Shown piece after piece: positions 26,512 to 32,000 of a stretch of 32,000 nt of DNA (its first letter is position 1; every line of letters starts with the position of its first letter). The notes under the pieces were generated by a model. It ran no database searches. It had not been told where the DNA came from and saw only the letters and a list, made by a program, of their open reading frames with translations. The DNA is taken from the NCBI RefSeq assembly GCF_000017945.1, contig NC_009776.1:510001-542000 (forward strand), in the 5' to 3' direction. Source of the stretch: Ignicoccus hospitalis KIN4/I. Lineage in GTDB: Archaea; Thermoproteota; Thermoprotei_A; Sulfolobales; Ignicoccaceae. A program made the translations under genes and the position numbers.

Positions 26512-27748
26512 AGCAGCCCATACAAGCCTTGATCGGTATTAGTTTTTCTAACTCCTCCGGCGGGAGCCACTCGATGCTCTTAGCCCCTATATACTCGGCT
26601 ATCTTTTCGTTGTCCATCTTAGCGGCGATCAGCTGGTCCGCGGGGGGCACCTCCACGCCGTAAGGGCAATGGCTTATTATCTTCGGGCTCCCTATGAGTA
26701 CGTCGACGCTCACAGCTCCCACCTTGCTCTTTAGGGTTTGTATCACCGTCTTCAAGGTCAGGCCTCTGACCACGCTATCATCAATAATAAGGGCCCTCTT
26801 CTTTCTGAAGGTGCTCCTTATCGGGTTCAGCTTCAATTGTACTCCTATCAACCTCTCGCTCAAGTCTGGCTTTATGGCAGTCCTCGCCTTCCTCCCGGTA
26901 GCGATAAAGCCCAAGCGGTAGTCTTTCTTGGCCTCCTTAGAGTACCCTATCGCAAATGGTATCGCAGTCTCCGGGACGCCCACGACCACGTCCACGTCCC
27001 TCGGGTAGAGCTGGGCGAGCCTCTTGCCTATCCTCTCCCTCACTTCGTAGACCTCTACGCCGTCTATGACCGAGTCCGGCCTCGCGTTGTAGATGTACTC
27101 GAAGGCACAGACCACCTTCTCGCTGGGCTTCACCGAAACCTCGTTGAAGTACAGCTGAGAGGCGTAGAAGCCCGTCCCGGGGTCGAGGTCCTTCTTCAAG
27201 TCGGCGCCTATGACGTCGAACGCACAGCTCTCGGAGGCGAAGGTGACCATGTCGAAGCCCAAGCCTCCCAGCTGGAGGGGCCTCAGCCCCGGAGGGGAGC
27301 GGTAGGCCAAGAGCTCGCCGGAGGCAGTTAAGGCGAGCATGCTAAAGGCTCCCTTTAAGTCCTTCACGAGCTCTTTGAGTAGGTCCTCCCCCTCGTAGCC
27401 GCTGGCCTTCAGCTCCGAGAGCTTCTTGGCGACGTCGTAGGGAGTGGCGTTGAACAGCCTGCCGTCCAAGACTACAGCCGCCTCCGCGGGCTCTTCTGAG
27501 TAGGCCCGGTAACCCGGGTGTTCGCTCCACACCCCTCCTATGGCCGCCCAGCCGGCCAAGTTGGTGGCTGGAGGCAAGACCTCGTCGACGAAGCCCTTGC
27601 CACAGACCCACTCTATCTTTTCACCGTCGGCGACGTAGAGGCACGCCTCCTCTTGTCCCCTGTGTTGGAGCGAGAGCAAGGAGTAGTACACGAACCTAGC
27701 TACGTTCCATACCGGGTCGAAGGCCAGAGCGCCCGCTATTCCGGCCAA
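26474..27748 (-). CDS. purF: Amidophosphoribosyltransferase (PurF) homologue with degenerate glutaminase site
   Basis: 424 aa; LLSLQHRGQEEA, FASESCAFDVIGADL, CAFEYIYNARPDS, VGVPETAIPFAIGYS, ALIIDDSVVRGLT (PRPP loop), CMGCFTGRYP. The N-terminus is (TTG)AGIAGAL, without the nucleophile Cys. Confidence 0.9.
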   Translation of the reverse strand: MAGIAGALAFDPVWNVARFVYYSLLSLQHRGQEEACLYVADGEKIEWVCGKGFVDEVLPPATNLAGWAAIGGVWSEHPGYRAYSEEPAEAAVVLDGRLFNATPYDVAKKLSELKASGYEGEDLLKELVKDLKGAFSMLALTASGELLAYRSPPGLRPLQLGGLGFDMVTFASESCAFDVIGADLKKDLDPGTGFYASQLYFNEVSVKPSEKVVCAFEYIYNARPDSVIDGVEVYEVRERIGKRLAQLYPRDVDVVVGVPETAIPFAIGYSKEAKKDYRLGFIATGRKARTAIKPDLSERLIGVQLKLNPIRSTFRKKRALIIDDSVVRGLTLKTVIQTLKSKVGAVSVDVLIGSPKIISHCPYGVEVPPADQLIAAKMDNEKIAEYIGAKSIEWLPPEELEKLIPIKACMGCFTGRYPLREERS

Positions 27749-27754
27749 CCTTCA

Positions 27755-29272
27755 CTACCGCTGTCGCGGTCCTCCCCTTAGGTTAAATTCGACCCCGCCG
27801 AACAAGGCCTTGTAGGCGTTCAGCTCGCTGCAATAGCTTATCCCACCTACCTCGAGCTGGGAGGCGACGTGCCACAACGCCTTCACCGGGTCCGCCCAGC
27901 CCCTCCTCACCCCCTCTTGTTCGTATACGCAGCCCACCGTGAGCAGTACGAGCTTCGCGACCGTCTGAGGGGGCAAGACGCCTTGCTTATACTTTGAGTA
28001 ACACTCCTTGCAAAGCAGTACCTTGAGCAAGTCCTCGGACTTGTTTAAGAAACTGGATATGTCGAATACGTTCTCGAACTCCCCTCGAGAAACCCTCTCG
28101 ACAAACCTTTCAACAGCATTTATATATTCGTCGACGTCCACGTCTAAGAACTTGTCGCAGACCGCGCACTTGGGCCTGAATATCCTCTTAACTACCAAGT
28201 TCTTCCAAACGCACTCGCCCTCACCCTCTACGACTCTAATCATCTTTATGTTCAAACCCAGCGCGTCCAGCTTCTTCTGCACCGGACAAGCCCTCACGCA
28301 TGCATGGCAGCCCACGCACGCGGCCGGCAGGTGAGTTAAGATCACCATAGCCGGGGTGGGCGTTCTGAGGACCAGCGAGCGCGTGGGACAAGCCTCGCTG
28401 CAAGCTGTACACGCGTCGCAGAGCTTCGGGTTTACCACGACTTCGTAGAAGTCCTCCAAAGAGTAGGCCATCTTTATCGAGACCAAGGGGGAGACGTCCT
28501 CGGGGAGGGAGTGGTCGCAACGCCGGGGCTCCGCTTTGGAGGGCCTCACGCAGCCCTCGTCGTCACAGTACTCCCAGCCCAAGACCTTGGTGAAGTATTC
28601 TACAATTATCCTGACGCGTAATGGTATTCCTAACACGACCAACGTCCTTTCCTTAAAGTCCGACGGGGAGAGCGTGTCGGGGGTCCTCCAGACCACCCTT
28701 TCGGCCGCGCCGGCCTTGGCCGGAGGGACGGCCGCGAAGAGCTCGTTGGGCGCGAGGCCGGGCATGTCGAGGGAGTAAAGTGGGCAAGCGGCCACGCACA
28801 GGCCGCAAGAGGTACACTTGTCCGGGTCTATCGATACCCTACCCTCCTTGAGCCTTATCGCATTAGAAGGGCAAACCGACTTACACATCCTACATGAAGG
28901 GGACGCGCAAGCGAAGGTGTTCTCCGGTACTGCGACAATCCTAGCCTTGAGCCCTTCCTTTACTAGCTTCTGGATTGCGCCCCTGCGGTCGACCTTCCCC
29001 CTCGGGTACTGGAAGCTTACGGAGTAGTGCACCTCCCAGTGGTCCGCGAGCTTGGCGAGGGTCTCCACTACCTCTTCGGGACAGCCGTCGTGGCACAAGA
29101 AAAGCCGGTACCAGAAGGAGTCCTTCGCTTCCTTCGCGAGCTCCGTCAGACCCTCCGGGTCCCCGACCGCTACCACGCCCCCCCTCTTCAAGGCGTTGCG
29201 TACGTCGTCCTTCACGACGGGGTACTTGTCGAAGGCGCTCGGTCTGTCGCTTAACTTGATCACTTCTACCAT
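27755..29272 (-). CDS. Multi-[4Fe-4S] cluster protein with four ferredoxin-type motifs and a C-terminal Cys-pair domain
   Basis: 505 aa; CRMCKSVCP, CTSCGLCVAACP, CDACTACSEACP, CVGCHACVRACP, plus CAVC and CKEC pairs. Confidence 0.8.
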   Translation of the reverse strand: MVEVIKLSDRPSAFDKYPVVKDDVRNALKRGGVVAVGDPEGLTELAKEAKDSFWYRLFLCHDGCPEEVVETLAKLADHWEVHYSVSFQYPRGKVDRRGAIQKLVKEGLKARIVAVPENTFACASPSCRMCKSVCPSNAIRLKEGRVSIDPDKCTSCGLCVAACPLYSLDMPGLAPNELFAAVPPAKAGAAERVVWRTPDTLSPSDFKERTLVVLGIPLRVRIIVEYFTKVLGWEYCDDEGCVRPSKAEPRRCDHSLPEDVSPLVSIKMAYSLEDFYEVVVNPKLCDACTACSEACPTRSLVLRTPTPAMVILTHLPAACVGCHACVRACPVQKKLDALGLNIKMIRVVEGEGECVWKNLVVKRIFRPKCAVCDKFLDVDVDEYINAVERFVERVSRGEFENVFDISSFLNKSEDLLKVLLCKECYSKYKQGVLPPQTVAKLVLLTVGCVYEQEGVRRGWADPVKALWHVASQLEVGGISYCSELNAYKALFGGVEFNLRGGPRQR

Positions 29273-29362
29273 TTGCGCTCATAGGGAGTTCGCGGGAGAA
29301 GTAATATCGTGTGGCCCTCAAAAACTTAATAATCCCTTGAGGGTTGCCGTAGGACGGCGAGA

Positions 29363-29474
29363 GGGCCCGTCGTCTAGCCTGGACTAGGATGCGGGGTACG
29401 CCGGCGAGCCCCGCGACGGGTCCGGCGCCCGACTCGGGTCCCCGTGGCCCCGGGTTCAAATCCCGGCGGGCCCA
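29363..29474 (+). tRNA. tRNA-Pro(CGG) with a 36-nt intron (29398..29433) at position 32/33
   Basis: Mature: GGGCCCG TC GTCT AGCCTGGACTA GGAT G CGGGG TTCGGGT CCCCG TGGCC CCGGG TTCAAAT CCCGG CGGGCCC A, followed by encoded CCA (29475-29477). Intron is flanked by a bulge-helix-bulge: CGGG-GU^A-CGCCGG / CCGGCG-CCCG-AC^U. Confidence 0.87.
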
Positions 29475-29522
29475 CCACTCAAAACTCCTACGCGAACTCC
29501 TCTCGGTCTGGGCCCACAAGTA

Positions 29523-30248
29523 TTGAGACCGCCCAAGTTTGTTCTAGATGAGATAGCGAAAAGCATCGCCGGGGAGATAGCGCTCTCCGACGATCCGGGT
29601 TCGACCTTGAAGAAGTGGAGGGAGATCTTCGAAGTGGGCATAAGGGAGCTGGCGAGAAAGATGAACGTTTCGCCGAGCGTCATAAGCGACTACGAGAAGA
29701 ACAAGAGGGCGCCCGGAAGCAAGTACATCAAGAAGTTCGTGAGGGCCTTAATGGAGATAGACGCAGAAAGGGACTGGAAGGTAATAAATTCCTTGGCCCA
29801 AAAGATGTTAGGCATAAAGAGCAAGGCGTTGGACATTTATGAGTATAAAAGGAGCGTGCGCTTGGAGGAATTGGTCAACGCCTCCAAGGGCTACATAGTT
29901 AACTCCCGATTCGACCCGAACGAGGTGGTCTACGGCTTTATCATATTGGATAGCCTCAGAAGCATAGAAGAACTCGACTCTAAGGACTTCTTACTGCTCA
30001 TGTCTATGTCGTACAAGAAGGCTTTGGTCTTCACTAAGGTGGGCACCGGGAGGCCGCCGATGGTGGCGGTTAGGATATCCCAGATAAAGCCGGTCGTGGT
30101 CATACTCCACAAGCCGGTCAACTTGGACCGGCTGGCGGTGAGGATAGCCGAAAAAGAGGGGATAGCGCTAATAGTCTCCCTGTGCTCCGAGCCGGGCGAG
30201 CTCATGGACCGGTTGAGGCTCTTGGACGTTCAACAGCCCTCCTCTTGA
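29523..30248 (+). CDS. XRE-family helix-turn-helix transcriptional regulator (crenarchaeal COG1709-like)
   Basis: 241 aa; GIRELARKMNVSPSVISDYEKNKRAPGSKYIKKFVRALMEID HTH, long conserved-looking C-terminal domain. Confidence 0.85.
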   Translation: MRPPKFVLDEIAKSIAGEIALSDDPGSTLKKWREIFEVGIRELARKMNVSPSVISDYEKNKRAPGSKYIKKFVRALMEIDAERDWKVINSLAQKMLGIKSKALDIYEYKRSVRLEELVNASKGYIVNSRFDPNEVVYGFIILDSLRSIEELDSKDFLLLMSMSYKKALVFTKVGTGRPPMVAVRISQIKPVVVILHKPVNLDRLAVRIAEKEGIALIVSLCSEPGELMDRLRLLDVQQPSS

Positions 30249-30604
30249 AGCTTGACTATCGCCTCGGCGATGTCCCCCTTCGTCTCGATAAGCGCTTGCT
30301 TAGCCTTCTCCGGCGAGCACCCGGTCTGCTCGACCACGACCTTCACGTCGTCCTCGGAGACCTCTTGGACTTCCTGCCCTTCCTCGACCCCCTTTTCTTT
30401 GACCACCTCCTTAGGGTTGAGTATTTGGTACGCCTTAGCTTGGCCGGGCAGCTCCAGCTCCAATACCTTGGGCTCGACCAATATTATCTTTTCGTCCACC
30501 CCCTCTATTATCACGCGTTCAACCCCCTCTAGCTCGTAGACCTTTAACCCCGCCTTCTTCAACATCTTCTCTAGGGCCTTCATGTTGAAGCCGAACGGGA
30601 GCAC
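30230..30604 (-). CDS. nac: Nascent polypeptide-associated complex protein (archaeal NAC)
   Basis: 124 aa; NAC core MKALEKMLKKAGLKVYELEGVERVII and C-terminal UBA VKVVVEQTGCSPEKAKQALIETKGDIAEAIVKL. Confidence 0.93.
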   Translation of the reverse strand: MLPFGFNMKALEKMLKKAGLKVYELEGVERVIIEGVDEKIILVEPKVLELELPGQAKAYQILNPKEVVKEKGVEEGQEVQEVSEDDVKVVVEQTGCSPEKAKQALIETKGDIAEAIVKLQEEGC

Positions 30605-30674
30605 CGCGTTACCACCTCCCTTAAATTGCCTTCGTGAACCGGTCCAAAAGGGTTTAGATAAGCGGTGATGGGGA

Positions 30675-31961
30675 ATGGGCGCAGAGATAACTTTCTTGGG
30701 CGGCGCTAGGGAGGTGGGCAGAGCCGCTTATTGGGTCAAGGACGGCAAGGCGAGTCTCCTCCTCGACTACGGGGTCAGCTTCGACGAAGAGGATAGGCCG
30801 GTGTTCCCGGAGTACGTGTCTCCCAAGGACGTGGGCGCGGTGGTGCTCAGCCACGCCCACTTGGACCACTCCGGCGCGCTGCCGATGCTTTACTCCGCCA
30901 TCCGCAGGCCTGCCTACATGACAAAGCTGACCAAAGAGCTCACCGCGATACTGATAAACGACTTCTTGAAACTTTCGGGATACTACGCGACCTACGGAGA
31001 GACCGAAGTCAAGGAGTTCTTAGAATCCGTGAGGACCGTAGACTACAGGAGGACCGTGGAGATACCGGAGGCCGGCGGGACCCTCTTGACCTTCTACGAC
31101 GCCGGCCACATACCGGGCAGCGCAATGGTGAAGTTAGAGCTCCCCAGCGGCTTGAAGCTGCTCTACACCGGCGACGTCAGGTTGAGCGAGACCCAGCTGC
31201 TGGGAGGGGCGGACGTCAGCGGCTTGGAAGCGGACGTGTTAATAATAGAAGCCACGTACGGGAAGTCCGACCATCCCCCCAGGGAGAACGTGGAGGCGCT
31301 GTTCGTCAGCGACGTGAGGGAGGTTTTGCAGGGCGGCGGGACGGTACTCGTCCCGGCCTTCGGCGTAGGAAGGGGTCAAGAGATACTCGCGGTGCTCGCG
31401 GACCACGAGGTGGAGGGAGACGTTTACCTAGACGGCATGGTGAGGAACGTAACCGAGCTCTTGATTCAAGGCGAAAACAAAAAGTTCTTGAAAAATCCGG
31501 ACATGCTAGAGAAAGCCTACGAGGAGGCCAAGGTGGTGAGGGGCTGGCAAGATAGGAGGAGGGTGTGGAAGAGGAACGGCGTAATAATAGCTTCTGCCGG
31601 CATGCTCAGAGGCGGCCCATCTCTATATTACGCGAGGAAGATCCAAGGGATCCCGAAGGACGCTATCTTCTTGGTGTCCTTCCAAGCACCCGGGACCCCC
31701 GGGCGCAGGTTAGTGGAGGAAGGAGTCATCGAGGAGGGCGGACCCCGGGTGGAGGCGAGGACCCAGTGGTTCGACTTCTCCAGCCACGCGGGGGCCAGCG
31801 AACTCTTGGAGATAATAAAGTCGGTCAACAAATTGAAGAAGGTTATAATAGTTCACTCAGAAGAGAGCACGGCCCTCCACTTCGCGCAGAGGGTGAGGGA
31901 GGAGACGGGCCTCGACGTGATAGTTCCGAAACCAATGGAGACGCTGAAGGTCGAAGTATAG
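30675..31961 (+). CDS. Beta-CASP metallo-beta-lactamase fold RNA nuclease (archaeal CPSF-like)
   Basis: 428 aa; SHAHLDHSGALP, AGHIPGSAMV, YTGDVRLSETQLL, VPAFGVGRGQEIL, SAGMLRGGPSLYYAR, SSHAGASELLEII. Confidence 0.92.
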   Translation: MGAEITFLGGAREVGRAAYWVKDGKASLLLDYGVSFDEEDRPVFPEYVSPKDVGAVVLSHAHLDHSGALPMLYSAIRRPAYMTKLTKELTAILINDFLKLSGYYATYGETEVKEFLESVRTVDYRRTVEIPEAGGTLLTFYDAGHIPGSAMVKLELPSGLKLLYTGDVRLSETQLLGGADVSGLEADVLIIEATYGKSDHPPRENVEALFVSDVREVLQGGGTVLVPAFGVGRGQEILAVLADHEVEGDVYLDGMVRNVTELLIQGENKKFLKNPDMLEKAYEEAKVVRGWQDRRRVWKRNGVIIASAGMLRGGPSLYYARKIQGIPKDAIFLVSFQAPGTPGRRLVEEGVIEEGGPRVEARTQWFDFSSHAGASELLEIIKSVNKLKKVIIVHSEESTALHFAQRVREETGLDVIVPKPMETLKVEV

Positions 31962-32000
31962 CTACTTTTTATACAGCGGCTTCTTAACTTCGTGTACCTC

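Noticed and set aside
26738-27331. 197-aa plus-strand ORF
   Set aside because: Antisense to the well-supported purF-like gene; low-complexity and basic composition typical of mirror frames in GC-rich DNA.
27740-27760. Possibility that purF starts upstream and contains the missing Cys
   Set aside because: In-frame TGA at 27754-27752 sits two codons before TTG 27748, so no upstream N-terminus exists in this frame.
28941-29519. 192-aa minus-strand ORF spanning the tRNA
   Set aside because: Overlaps tRNA-Pro antisense and the Fe-S protein in another frame; Arg/Gly-rich, not convincing.
1-32000. CRISPR arrays, transposases, integrases, rRNA genes
   Set aside because: No regularly spaced direct repeats, no recognisable transposase or integrase proteins and no rRNA-like sequence were seen on reading the window.

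Overview
The window looks like a gene-dense, GC-rich hyperthermophilic crenarchaeal chromosome segment. Its gene content, including 4-hydroxybutyryl-CoA dehydratase, archaeal Csl4, RNase P component 1, NAC, PAN and an archaeal-type initiator tRNA, fits an Ignicoccus-like member of the Desulfurococcales; this assignment is from memory of gene content, not from a search. I support about 34 protein-coding genes and two tRNAs. Recognisable functions include glycyl-tRNA synthetase, AsnB, a UbiD-family decarboxylase, HypC, an APC permease, Csl4/DUF2067/Rpo11, RimI-like acetyltransferase, a cysteine synthase-family enzyme, an OBG/DRG-like GTPase with TGS domain, a geranylgeranyl reductase-family protein, dUTPase, cis-prenyltransferase, PAN, a partial S10 ribosomal operon (S19-L22-S3-L29-Rnp1), dihydroorotase, a CBS protein, a PurF-like protein, a large multi-cluster Fe-S protein, an HTH regulator, NAC and a beta-CASP nuclease. 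Main observations: (1) a PurF homologue that keeps its four Fe-S Cys ligands but has lost the N-terminal Cys nucleophile and the other glutaminase hallmarks; (2) tRNA-Pro(CGG) with a 36-nt intron at non-canonical position 32/33 and a clean bulge-helix-bulge motif; (3) PAN without a C-terminal HbYX motif; (4) an unusual multi-[4Fe-4S] protein directly upstream of the PurF-like gene; (5) two V4R-like proteins, one divergent; (6) a partial Rossmann/CARF-like protein at the left edge; (7) systematic 13-48 nt overlap of convergent gene pairs. I found no CRISPR array, mobile element or rRNA.
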